From NCBI GenBank assembly GCA_963666285.1, contig OY762711.1: a stretch of 64,000 nt of DNA. One strand, 5' to 3'. The notes beneath the pieces were generated by a model, which did not search any database, had not been told where the DNA came from, and worked only from the letters and a program-made list of their open reading frames with translations. The DNA is from Sedimentisphaerales bacterium. Lineage in GTDB: Bacteria > Planctomycetota > Phycisphaerae > Sedimentisphaerales > SM23-30. Positions within the stretch are counted from its first letter, which is position 1. Each line of letters opens with the position of its first letter. Both the position numbers and the translations under genes were made by a program. This document shows, piece after piece, positions 51,257 through 60,595 of the stretch.

Positions 51257-53338
51257 TCAGCTAAAAAATCGCGAATTATCCTTATACACAATTTCAACTC
51301 TATCCGGAATCATCAACTCTTTGGCAACCAAAGCCTTCTCTATTTTTTGCATAGCCTTTTCGTTAGTCGCTAACACCACAACAGAAAAGCCCGACAATAG
51401 CCCGTGTCGCAAATTTTTCTCAAAGTCCGACCTTCCGGTCTCAATCTCAAAAATAAGCGTTTGTCCGGCCTTGTGTGCGAAGACATCGGCAACACCGCTG
51501 CCAAGCGTAGCTTCAATCTCAACCGTATAGCCAAGCTCCCGAAGACGGTTGGCATATCTATGCTTGTAATAGTAATGCTCTAGCGACTCATTACGTATTT
51601 CCTGTGGTATATCATTTTTATCCCTGCTTGCATAATCAATGACCAAGCCAACATCAATCCAGCCCTTTTTATCATGCCTAGTAATACCATTGGTCCTGGG
51701 CAGTCCAACTTTTTGAATACCAAAATTCTGCCGGCCTTTATCTGTCAAATGCAAAATGGTCTTTCTGGTATTACCATCATTGACAATTCTCTGGCTTACC
51801 CAACCTAAAGCTAAAAGTTCATCCTTAATTTCATTACCTTTCCATACACTAATACCAAGACGTTTATATCTTACTTTTACACCATCATCTGGATGGAGTA
51901 AAATATCTTGTACCAGACTAATAATCACGTCATCGGGATTATTAGAGGGTATCCGACCACCGACCCCGCAAAACCTGCCCGAATTCGGCAAAATTGGCCG
52001 ACCCTGCCCCGACCCCGCCAAATTCCCGGACATGTGCCGAACTACCACATCATCAGTTACCTGTCCTTTTGTCAGTTTTAGGTGGTCAAACGCCACTAGA
52101 AACGGGTTCGGCCAAGAATTCTGCAATTTTACAATTCCTGTACCAATTTCAAGCTGACTTAGGTAATGTTTTTCCGTATCATCAAGCAATGATAAACCTG
52201 CCGCTTTTGAAATATCAGAGGTATCTTTCAGGTTCAGGCAAATACTGGTGTGGATATTCCCTAGAGCAGATGAAGGCAACTGGCTTGGTTGCTGGTCAAC
52301 CAACACAACACCAATACCAAGCTCACGACATTGCCGAAGTAATGTTTCAGTTAGTGATTCATTAGTACTTTTACTTCTGTGCAGAACATTATGAGCTTCT
52401 TCGAGAATTAAAACTAATGATAATTTCTCACGACTCGAATCTGCAAACTTAACCTGATATGCCCAAGAAAACAACAACGGTACAATAAACTTCCTTGCAG
52501 ACTGTGAAATACTATCCAGTTCAACAATATTAACACCGTTTACCAGTTGTTTGGTAAAGCTTACCTGATCCTTTACAGTTCCGCCAGCCAATTTAGATAA
52601 CTTCAATTCTTCCAATGCTCGAAGTGCGGTTGCTTTCCAGCTATAACTCTTGGTTTTATTACCTACCTTCTTTACCGCATGATCTATTCCTTCGATAACC
52701 TGATCTATACTTATTACTTTACCATACTTATCATAAGCCCAAACCATTGCTTTCTGGATAAGACTTCTGGCACCATCACCTAAAGTATAAGCATTGGCCA
52801 GAACATCTACCAAATGCTGTAAATAGATGCTTGGCTCTATGCCTGGGGGTGGCGAGAATGGATTAAATGGAAATGGACTAACCGAACGACCAACAGTATA
52901 AACATTAGCCTTCTGTCTTGTTTTGAGATATGGCAGTATGTCACGACCATTTTTCTTCCAATCGAAAAATAATACTGGCATCCTTTTATCAACCAACTGC
53001 TTAAACAAGTTCATGACAACATTAGTTTTTCCGGCACCAGATCTACCAAGTATCGCAGTATGTTGTAACAACTGCTGATAGTTTAAGCCAAAGGAATGCT
53101 TTTTGGTATCGTATATAACATAACCAAGTTTCAAAGGTTTACTGGTAACTTTTGCAGGTGGCAATGACAAAACCTTAGCTTTCCTGGGATCACCAAATAT
53201 TTTATATGCAGTTGAGATAATCTGCTTTTCGATCAATTGCCTTGTTGCAAGGTCGCTCATATCACGAGCCTTCATCCATGTTTTGATTTTATCTGGCATT
53301 AAAGGCTCAAGCCAGAGAGCTATTTTCTCGATGTTCAT
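51257..53338 (-). CDS. HerA/FtsK/VirB4-like ATPase with C-terminal wHTH and PD-(D/E)xK-like motif
   Basis: HTAILGRSGAGKT (Walker A); LILEEAH (Walker B); RQCRELGIGVVLVDQQPSQL; C-terminal H...K...ADV....LIFEIETG. Confidence 0.8.
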   Translation of the reverse strand: MNIEKIALWLEPLMPDKIKTWMKARDMSDLATRQLIEKQIISTAYKIFGDPRKAKVLSLPPAKVTSKPLKLGYVIYDTKKHSFGLNYQQLLQHTAILGRSGAGKTNVVMNLFKQLVDKRMPVLFFDWKKNGRDILPYLKTRQKANVYTVGRSVSPFPFNPFSPPPGIEPSIYLQHLVDVLANAYTLGDGARSLIQKAMVWAYDKYGKVISIDQVIEGIDHAVKKVGNKTKSYSWKATALRALEELKLSKLAGGTVKDQVSFTKQLVNGVNIVELDSISQSARKFIVPLLFSWAYQVKFADSSREKLSLVLILEEAHNVLHRSKSTNESLTETLLRQCRELGIGVVLVDQQPSQLPSSALGNIHTSICLNLKDTSDISKAAGLSLLDDTEKHYLSQLEIGTGIVKLQNSWPNPFLVAFDHLKLTKGQVTDDVVVRHMSGNLAGSGQGRPILPNSGRFCGVGGRIPSNNPDDVIISLVQDILLHPDDGVKVRYKRLGISVWKGNEIKDELLALGWVSQRIVNDGNTRKTILHLTDKGRQNFGIQKVGLPRTNGITRHDKKGWIDVGLVIDYASRDKNDIPQEIRNESLEHYYYKHRYANRLRELGYTVEIEATLGSGVADVFAHKAGQTLIFEIETGRSDFEKNLRHGLLSGFSVVVLATNEKAMQKIEKALVAKELMIPDRVEIVYKDNSRFFS

Positions 53339-53781
53339 GACTTTACCAGTTTATGTCTTCCAACTAATGATACCAGTTTTTCCAGACACTTGCACTGACG
53401 GTCAAAAAAGTCCATCTCAATTCGTTTCCTCTTTTCCCATAATATGTTCAACTGCTCCTTTAACTTCGCAGCTTGAGGATCGGCTGGATTGATAAACCGG
53501 GAACCAAGTAAATGCAAACGTTCAAGGTCAGTTGATACCTGGCATTCAGCTTTTAAGATACCGTCAAGTGCATCTTTTTGCATCTGGTTTAACTTGGAAA
53601 TCTGCCATAAAATCAGTTCGGTCGCTTTTTCAATTCCAGAAGTGATAGAATCAGATGAGTTGTTGGGATTGTCGCTTGAATCTACAATTACTTCATTTAA
53701 TACGACCTCTGCTCTACTGATAACATTATCCTTGCCAACCGAATAATCAGGCTCAGATTTAATGTATCTTAAAGCGTTCAT
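53335..53781 (-). CDS. Hypothetical coiled-coil protein
   Basis: 148-aa ORF overlapping both neighbours by 4 bp (translational coupling). Confidence 0.65.
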   Translation of the reverse strand: MNALRYIKSEPDYSVGKDNVISRAEVVLNEVIVDSSDNPNNSSDSITSGIEKATELILWQISKLNQMQKDALDGILKAECQVSTDLERLHLLGSRFINPADPQAAKLKEQLNILWEKRKRIEMDFFDRQCKCLEKLVSLVGRHKLVKS

Positions 53782-54518
53782 TTACCAACCTCTTTTAATC
53801 GATCATTAGCCATTTGAATATATTCTGAATTCAGGTCAAAACCGATAAAGTTTCTACCGTGTTTCTTCGCAGCAACTGCGGTTGTGCCGCTTCCCATAAA
53901 TGGATCAAGCACTAAGTCGCCTTTATTAGAACTAACACACACAAGCCGTTCTATGAAGTTTAATGGCTTTTCAGTTGGATGTTTGGTATATCTTATACCA
54001 TTGGCATAGTGGAATACATTGATGCAATCCTGTTGAGATAAGAAGTTAAAAGTAACATCCTTATACTTTGAGCCTTTCTTCGAGGAGGACGGCTTTGTCA
54101 TATACATACATAATTCAAAGCTACTCCGCCAGTTACGTTTTGACATACTAGGCAATGGATTCTTTTTAACCATAGCCATAACACGCCTAAGTTGAAAACC
54201 TCTGGCAACGGCCTTTTTAATGAAATAACCATTATCCTCCTGCGCGGTAAACATATAGAATGAACCGCCAGGTTTCAAAACCCTATAACATTCAATTATT
54301 ACCTGACAGATTACATTAACAAAGTCAAAGGGATGGAACGTGTCCCACTTGCCCCATGCATCGGATGTACTTTTCAACTCTCCCTGCTGTATCGTCAAAG
54401 CATTATCAGATGCAATATTATACGGTGGATCTGTTACAATCAGGTCAACGCTGTTTGATTCTAGCTTCTTTAGCCCTTCAAGAGCATCAATTAGGTGGAT
54501 TTTATTTATTTTTAACAT
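53778..54518 (-). CDS. Site-specific DNA methyltransferase (N6A/N4C, beta class)
   Basis: Motif IV DPPY near the N-terminus; HPTEKP; motif I DPFMGSGT near the C-terminus. Confidence 0.92.
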   Translation of the reverse strand: MLKINKIHLIDALEGLKKLESNSVDLIVTDPPYNIASDNALTIQQGELKSTSDAWGKWDTFHPFDFVNVICQVIIECYRVLKPGGSFYMFTAQEDNGYFIKKAVARGFQLRRVMAMVKKNPLPSMSKRNWRSSFELCMYMTKPSSSKKGSKYKDVTFNFLSQQDCINVFHYANGIRYTKHPTEKPLNFIERLVCVSSNKGDLVLDPFMGSGTTAVAAKKHGRNFIGFDLNSEYIQMANDRLKEVGK

Positions 54519-55209
54519 TTTGAAGATTAGATACTGCTTTTCGCAATAGGTGCTGAAATTGTCTGCCTGTGGCAGTTAGGTCATACATGGGGTATGCACC
54601 ATTAGAATCAACTTTGGAAATTATTCCGTTTTCAACCAGACCTGGAATAACATTGTGGACATTATTCGTACCCATCTTGATATCAGGGTTACAGAATTTA
54701 GCATAGCGTTTGATGTCAGCAGGATATCGCGGCTGGTCTAATGCTAAAATAATAGCCTTTCGATAAGTATAACACACATAGCCATACAACTTCCAATCAA
54801 TATCAGATGATTGGCAGTATTGCTCAAATTGAGGATATAATAGTTTACGCCAGTATCTTCCAATATCAGTAAGGCCATATAGTCTGCTTCTATGTGCTTC
54901 TGGATTCACACAACAGATTATATTCTCCTGACATAAATCAGCTATAACATCACTACAATCTCTACGTGCAATATTTACCGTTGCATATAACTGACTTGCA
55001 GTCATGGGCTGATGGAGTTGTTTTAACAACTTTTGCCGCCTGTGACTTCTCAAAAGCCATTGTCCGGTTCGGTCAAAGTTCATTAGAACTATGTCGTCAC
55101 TACCTAATAACAACTTTCGCCCCTTTAAGGGGGTAAATAAAAAAGAAAAAGTTTTGTCAGCAGAAATACAGCTAACAGAGATACTCCTATATCGGTGTAA
55201 GTTACTCAT
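54502..55209 (-). CDS. Tandem winged-helix DNA-binding protein
   Basis: Two repeats ending in YGLTDIGR and YDLTATGR wing motifs; start uncertain. Confidence 0.65.
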   Translation of the reverse strand: MSNLHRYRSISVSCISADKTFSFLFTPLKGRKLLLGSDDIVLMNFDRTGQWLLRSHRRQKLLKQLHQPMTASQLYATVNIARRDCSDVIADLCQENIICCVNPEAHRSRLYGLTDIGRYWRKLLYPQFEQYCQSSDIDWKLYGYVCYTYRKAIILALDQPRYPADIKRYAKFCNPDIKMGTNNVHNVIPGLVENGIISKVDSNGAYPMYDLTATGRQFQHLLRKAVSNLQNVKNK

Positions 55210-55351
55210 ACCGAGAACGCCTTAAACTGGCTATATAGACGTTATTCGGCATTTATATCCCTTTTTGGCATTAGTTATCCTAAGAGGTTTTACAACCTTA
55301 ACAGGGTTGGTTTTTATAAATAGATTTTAGGTATAAAAGTATTGATTACAA

Positions 55352-55531
55352 ATGAAACAATGTCAACAATGTGAACTAATCCTACGACTAGGACAAAATG
55401 TTATTAAACTGGAAATAGGTGCAATAGGCCCTCACGGATTCCTGCCTCTCAGCAAAGAAATGCTATTTTGCAGTAAACAGTGCATAAGTTGCTTTATCCA
55501 AACCAGCACTAAGGTAGCAAATATACACTAA
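55352..55531 (+). CDS. 59-aa zinc-finger-like protein (not in ORF track), paralogue of 56109-56291
   Basis: Manual translation MKQCQQCELILRLGQNVIKLEIGAIGPHGFLPLSKEMLFCSKQC...; CxxC and FCSxxC motifs. Confidence 0.7.
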   Translation: MKQCQQCELILRLGQNVIKLEIGAIGPHGFLPLSKEMLFCSKQCISCFIQTSTKVANIH

Positions 55532-55559
55532 TTTCACTCTCAAATAATTTTAAGATAAA

Positions 55560-56012
55560 ATGAATAACAAAACAGTCAATGAAATATCTAAACGAGTAGA
55601 TGGCGTTTATGCTGAAATGCATGTTATCCAGAATATGCTCATGACTATCCGAGATCAGGATAGCAAGCCTTCAATAGATAATCATCTTGTAATGAAAGTA
55701 ATTAACATTCACCATCCATTACGTATTCAAAGCATATTCAGTAAAATGAGATGCCTGGCTGTGAAAATACGAATTACCAATAATGGCTTTACTGATGGCT
55801 ATAAACTAAGCATGGATTACATTCTACTCCAGAGTAAGGATGAGCATTATTGCAGTTTTCCAAAAGAAAAAGACATTCCTGATACTAGAATTAAATTTCT
55901 TGGGTCAGAAACAATGGTTCTTACTTTCATAGTCCCTAAAGAAATTTCTGAATTTAATATTTTGATTCGTGACCTGCATGGATTAAGAGCAATAGAATCA
56001 ATTTCTCAATAG
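55560..56012 (+). CDS. Hypothetical protein, possible beta-sandwich C-terminus
   Basis: 150-aa ORF; LAVKIRITNNG...LTFIVPK pattern. Confidence 0.5.
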   Translation: MNNKTVNEISKRVDGVYAEMHVIQNMLMTIRDQDSKPSIDNHLVMKVINIHHPLRIQSIFSKMRCLAVKIRITNNGFTDGYKLSMDYILLQSKDEHYCSFPKEKDIPDTRIKFLGSETMVLTFIVPKEISEFNILIRDLHGLRAIESISQ

Positions 56013-56108
56013 AATATTTATGTGTATTTCTTGAACTATCATATTATACTTAGTTTACTGCCTAAATCGATGATTCTTTTATAAAAACTATTACTCTTCA
56101 GAAGTAAC

Positions 56109-56291
56109 ATGAATATAAAGCAATGCCAGAAATGTAAACAATCTTTAAGGTTGGGTGAAAATGTAGTTTGTTTAGAAGTAGGTGTGATTGGGCCTCGTGG
56201 CTTTCTAAGGCTTGATGATGAAATCTTATTTTGCAGCAAGCAATGTTTGTTAACATACTTAAAAGAGTTTTACTATAAATTTATAGAATAA
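56109..56291 (+). CDS. 60-aa zinc-finger-like protein
   Basis: CQKC...LRLGENV..LEVG.IGP.GF......LFCSKQC; paralogue of 55352-55531. Confidence 0.7.
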   Translation: MNIKQCQKCKQSLRLGENVVCLEVGVIGPRGFLRLDDEILFCSKQCLLTYLKEFYYKFIE

Positions 56292-56453
56292 TATATGAAA
56301 TGAAAACAACAGAATTTATTAGGTTTATAGAAGATAACATAAAAACAGGTCTTACCACAGAAGCTATCATGAAAAATGCCTATGCGATATTATCAAATGA
56401 TAACAAATACCATACTATACAAAAATTAAAAACAGAGAATAGAAATACAAAAG

Positions 56454-56530
56454 GTTCCGGTAAAAACTGAACCTTTTGGGTAAGTCCCCCCTCCCAGATA
56501 TGAACCATAAGGTACATATTTTACCGGAAC
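56454..56530. repeat. 12-bp perfect inverted repeat enclosing a tRNA-3'-end-like sequence
   Basis: GTTCCGGTAAAA (56454-56465) and TTTTACCGGAAC (56519-56530); minus-strand GGTTCATATCTGGGAGGGGGGA at 56485-56506. Confidence 0.55.
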
Positions 56531-56561
56531 TTTTTTATAGCAGTACAATTTATACAATAAT

Positions 56562-57800
56562 ATGGAAGCCAAAGTCGATCATAAAAGAAAATACCTAAAC
56601 GCCAAAGAACGATTGTTTTCAGATGAAAATATATGCGCTGAAAATAGAAATTTATTCAAACGCTTTTTTACATACCAAGAAAGAAAACTTAAAAGAATCA
56701 ACAGATTACAGAATCTTGATCCTTCAACTTACAAAACACTTTATCAATATGTTAACAGATTCAAAAACACAAATAAATGGTTTAACAATAAACCGTGGAA
56801 ATCACTGACAAAAAAAGATATTGAGAAAGTATATAATGATTTAGAAGATGGCATTATCGTCAAAAGTAATGGCGAGATGTATAAAGACAGAGATGGCTAT
56901 TATGATAAAGTTTTCAAAAGTAAACCATTTGACATGGCTGGTGTTGGCAAATACGCCAGAGAAGTAATTGAGTACTGTACGAATATCGCTCCACATGTTA
57001 GATTTGCTAGTGACGAAGAGTTTCAAAAGATTGTTAATATAACATCAAATCCTTTACAAAAATTATTATTGTGGCTCTCGTTTGATATTGGAGAAAATGT
57101 TGATTCATTGCTACAACTTAAAAAAAATGACTTCTATCGAGAAATTAATCAATTTACTAAAGATCCGGAATATAGAGTAAATCTTAGAAATGAGATTCTG
57201 AAACGTAGCAGAAAAGCTAGGGCAGAAATAACAATCTATAGCGAAACAGTTAAATTACTGGATTTGATTTTAGAAGATCTAAAACCTAACGACTACATTT
57301 TTAATTTTGGATATAGAAGTGCAAAGAAATTTTTAGATAGATTAGTAAAAAAAGTTAATGCAAAATGCTTACCAAACGGTGAACTAATCACTTGGAAAGA
57401 CTTCAGAAGTGGTATGGCTTGTTCATTACTAAGAAAGGGATGGGTAACGGATGAAGTAAATGCTAGGTTAGGCCACAGACCTTCATCTAAAGAAATCGAC
57501 AAATATGTTGATTTTTTAGCATTAGATCGTCATAGACCGAAACAAAAAGTGCAGCAATATGAAATGTCTCAATTAAATGATGAACTGCAAAAATATAAAG
57601 AGGATGCAAAATTACAGGCAAAACGTCGTGAAGAAGAAAAGAATAAAGCTAATGAGCAGATGATTCAAATGGTAGAATTGTTAACAGAAAGTCTTATTAC
57701 TAATAGTCCAAAAATGGATCAAGATACTCTGAAAAGAAATGAGCCTATTTTCAATAAGTTGATCGATCTTAAGAGACATCTGATGCATAATAATACATAA
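56562..57800 (+). CDS. Tyrosine recombinase/integrase-like protein with atypical catalytic motifs
   Basis: WKDFRSGMA (HxxR position), RLGH and IDKY (catalytic Tyr); box I reads DIGENVDSLLQL; C-terminal coiled coil. Confidence 0.72.
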   Translation: MEAKVDHKRKYLNAKERLFSDENICAENRNLFKRFFTYQERKLKRINRLQNLDPSTYKTLYQYVNRFKNTNKWFNNKPWKSLTKKDIEKVYNDLEDGIIVKSNGEMYKDRDGYYDKVFKSKPFDMAGVGKYAREVIEYCTNIAPHVRFASDEEFQKIVNITSNPLQKLLLWLSFDIGENVDSLLQLKKNDFYREINQFTKDPEYRVNLRNEILKRSRKARAEITIYSETVKLLDLILEDLKPNDYIFNFGYRSAKKFLDRLVKKVNAKCLPNGELITWKDFRSGMACSLLRKGWVTDEVNARLGHRPSSKEIDKYVDFLALDRHRPKQKVQQYEMSQLNDELQKYKEDAKLQAKRREEEKNKANEQMIQMVELLTESLITNSPKMDQDTLKRNEPIFNKLIDLKRHLMHNNT

Positions 57801-57810
57801 GCTACCCCCA

Positions 57811-57833
57811 TAATCGGTTAAATATTCATAAAC
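57811..57833 (+). promoter_or_regulatory. Archaeal-type TATA-like promoter, duplicated at ~58647-58669
   Basis: AATC(G/A)GTTAAATATTCATAAAC lies ~25-30 bp upstream of the ATG in both paralogues; no Shine-Dalgarno. Confidence 0.5.
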
Positions 57834-57857
57834 CGTCTTTTTCTTTTTTTTATAACC

Positions 57858-58640
57858 ATGTCTGACCCAATCCAAGAATATGCACTAAATGCAATTTACG
57901 AAAAGCATTACAGCACAATTGAATCAATAATTGATACAGAAGATAAAGAGATAATAGATAATGCTCTTAACGATGCATACGAATCTGGCTTAACCCGTGG
58001 GATTGCAGAACATCCAAGATATACACGTATAGATATCGAAGGCAGAGATGGATGTTATGCGATATACAGAAAAAAGCCTGAAAGCAACACGATTACAACA
58101 GAAGTCCTTACTCCTGGCGTTAATCTAACGATGAAAACACCTGTGGATGATACCGCATTACAAATGGAATCCGCTGATCTTATTTATGAACTTATTCAAG
58201 GTGGAGAGCCAGCAATAGATGAACTTGATTGTTATTTACGACCATTCGAACATTTGGCCTGTAATAAAAATACGGTCAGAACAAACAAGGAAACTAAAAA
58301 GGAGCAGCCTTCGCTTGAAAAAATAGCAATCGAGCATTCAGGGGTAATGAACGATAAATTACCTGAAGGATATTCTCCAATAGAATACTTAGAAGATATG
58401 GGAGAGTTGGAGTATGAAATAAGCGAACTGGTACAGGAAGGAAAAGAATATCTTGCCAAAAATAAATATGATATGGCTTCACTTATATTTAAGGACGTAT
58501 CTAACCTGCAGAGCATACATGACAGCTTGACTGAAGCAGAAATAAAAGAAGTAATTGATGTTGTAGAAATTATGGATACTGCTGCAAGGGATCATATACC
58601 AAACAGGCTTTATAGTAATATCTATAAGATGAAATATTAA
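57858..58640 (+). CDS. Hypothetical protein, tandem paralogue A
   Basis: Full-length similarity to the next ORF (IDTED, LNDAY.SGL.RG..EHP.Y..IDIEG, ITTEVLTPG, RPFEHL, HIPNRLY). Confidence 0.75.
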   Translation: MSDPIQEYALNAIYEKHYSTIESIIDTEDKEIIDNALNDAYESGLTRGIAEHPRYTRIDIEGRDGCYAIYRKKPESNTITTEVLTPGVNLTMKTPVDDTALQMESADLIYELIQGGEPAIDELDCYLRPFEHLACNKNTVRTNKETKKEQPSLEKIAIEHSGVMNDKLPEGYSPIEYLEDMGELEYEISELVQEGKEYLAKNKYDMASLIFKDVSNLQSIHDSLTEAEIKEVIDVVEIMDTAARDHIPNRLYSNIYKMKY

Positions 58641-58697
58641 CCCCCTAAATCAGTTAAATATTCATAAACAGTTTTCATATTTTTCGTTTTGATACCC

Positions 58698-59462
58698 ATG
58701 ACTGACCCATTTCAAAAAACCGCAATAAATGCAATATATCAGAAATATTACAATAAGCCAGGCACTTTAATAGATACAGAAGATTCAGAACTGATAAGCA
58801 ATTCACTCAACGATGCCTATCAATCAGGATTAAATCGCGGACTCTTAGAACACCCAACATACAGGCAAATTGACATAGAAGGTTTGCTCGGACATTATGC
58901 CACCTATAAAAGAGAGCCAGATAGTAATATAATAACAACTGAAGTCCTAACCCCTGGAATAGAACTGGTAATTAAAACTTCTGTAGATGACTACGAAGAA
59001 CAACGATATGCTACAGAACAAATTTATAGGTTACTGGAATGTGAAACACCAACAGACAAGGATATTGATAAATATATGCGACCTTTTGAACATCTCTCCT
59101 CCAAGACAAGCAAACAAAAGAATGAACCTAAACCATCCTTAGAAAATATTACAGCGGAGTATAATTGTGGTATTTCTAGTAAGCTACCTGATGGTTATCA
59201 TTTAGTTGACTACATGGAAGATATTGGCGAATTAAAATTTGAGATTGATGAACTAATACATAAAGGAAAACTATCTGTAGAAAAAGCGAATTATCGTATG
59301 GCTGTATCCGAGTTTAAAGATGTTACTGACTTAAAGAGTATTCGGGCTTACTTATTACAAGGTAAATTTTCTAATGCAATATCTGGAATTGACAAACTTG
59401 ATACCAAAGCGAGGGAACACATACCCAATAGATTGTATGGGAAAATATACAAGATGGAATAA
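58698..59462 (+). CDS. Hypothetical protein, tandem paralogue B
   Basis: Start refined to MTDPF (ATG 58698) by alignment with MSDPI of paralogue A. Confidence 0.75.
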   Translation: MTDPFQKTAINAIYQKYYNKPGTLIDTEDSELISNSLNDAYQSGLNRGLLEHPTYRQIDIEGLLGHYATYKREPDSNIITTEVLTPGIELVIKTSVDDYEEQRYATEQIYRLLECETPTDKDIDKYMRPFEHLSSKTSKQKNEPKPSLENITAEYNCGISSKLPDGYHLVDYMEDIGELKFEIDELIHKGKLSVEKANYRMAVSEFKDVTDLKSIRAYLLQGKFSNAISGIDKLDTKAREHIPNRLYGKIYKME

Positions 59463-59531
59463 CAAACTTGCCTTACAAGTAAATCATCGTTAATATATTC
59501 AGATAACATTATGTAAATATGGAGAAATAAC

Positions 59532-59930
59532 ATGGAACTTAACATTATTGACTATTCATCACTCTGGTTCTGTGATATCAATAAAGAACCGCTTCCAGCT
59601 AAAAGGAATGGCAAATTCATCTTACTCATAAATGAAACTTCAAGGTGGGCAGTATTTTCTCCGAAGGCTCTATCCCCGTACCATGCTAATATTGCTGAAA
59701 GATTTTGTAGCCAACAAAATATCCCTGGGACATATAATGCAGCAAAATCTAAATATTATATCAGCGATCCTACCTGGAATATAAATGGTGGCGGCAGATG
59801 GGATATTGATGATGAGCAGAACTTGCTAACCATATATGGCTCTTCAGATGCTTATGGTAGCCTTGATCTTCACGGCTTATCTCGCATGATCGAAGAAACT
59901 GGTAAATATGAGAATGTGTGGGTGCGTTGA
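59532..59930 (+). CDS. Janus/Ocnus (PHPT1-like) phosphohistidine phosphatase homologue
   Basis: GKFIL, YHANI, GGGR and IYGSSDAYG match the order and content of the PHPT1-family motifs KYVL, YHADI, GGGRI and VYGYSMAYG. Confidence 0.6.
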   Translation: MELNIIDYSSLWFCDINKEPLPAKRNGKFILLINETSRWAVFSPKALSPYHANIAERFCSQQNIPGTYNAAKSKYYISDPTWNINGGGRWDIDDEQNLLTIYGSSDAYGSLDLHGLSRMIEETGKYENVWVR

Positions 59931-60098
59931 GAAAAAGATATAACCTCTCATATTCCACTGTTAATTTTATCCGCCAATGAGTCCCAATGTACACCAAATT
60001 CATTTACTAGCATTTGTACATCAATAGAACTTTTCATATTGAAAAGCTGACCTGCAATGTAGTGGAGTTCGTAAAGACAAATACCATAAATATGCGTT

Positions 60099-60314
60099 TT
60101 ACTTCATAAGCGAAAAAATACGCTCCTCTCTTTTTGTTGTTATTCCTTTATGCTCTTTTACAATTCCAAGTGACTTCATTAACTCCAACGCTTTAATCGC
60201 AGTACGCCATTGTGTTTGCGTTTTTATGGAAATTTGCCTTACCGACAACTCTTTTTCTGATTCTAAGAGTGATTTTATCAAACCAACGATATCTGGCAAT
60301 GTTCTTCTTATCAT
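60099..60314 (-). CDS. Small winged-helix transcriptional regulator
   Basis: LSVRQIS......WRTAIKALELMKSLGIV HTH pattern. Confidence 0.65.
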   Translation of the reverse strand: MIRRTLPDIVGLIKSLLESEKELSVRQISIKTQTQWRTAIKALELMKSLGIVKEHKGITTKREERIFSLMK

Positions 60315-60452
60315 ATCAGTATAACTATGCAGATACCTTTTTATACTACCTCTGCACAGTTATACATATATTGAATAAATTTTTCACTTTTGACTATGTT
60401 TCCGTAGTTAAAGGGAACTAAATATATAAAATGAAAGATAATACAGGTTAAT

Positions 60453-60587
60453 ATGATTGACAAAACAATAAAGGAAATACAGAAAATCATTAACATCTAT
60501 GAGAAAAAAGAAATTTCCGAAAAAGAAGCAATAGAAAGAATCCAGGCAAAGATTGATCTAGTCACTTTTGGATATATGAACAACTAA
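60453..60587 (+). CDS. 44-aa hypothetical protein (not in ORF track)
   Basis: MIDKTIKEIQKIINIYEKKEISEKEAIERIQAKIDLVTFGYMNN; TATATAAA at 60423-60430 upstream; divergent from the HTH gene. Confidence 0.4.
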   Translation: MIDKTIKEIQKIINIYEKKEISEKEAIERIQAKIDLVTFGYMNN

Positions 60588-60595
60588 TTTCATAC

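Noticed and set aside
56300..56470. 56-aa ORF MKTTEFIRF...
   Set aside because: It has no motif and runs into the inverted repeat, so support is insufficient.
56562..57800. This recombinase as the integrase for the tRNA-Lys junctions
   Set aside because: It lies ~12 kb away in compositionally different DNA, has its own candidate att site and shows no obvious N-terminal arm-binding domain. Not excluded, but unsupported.
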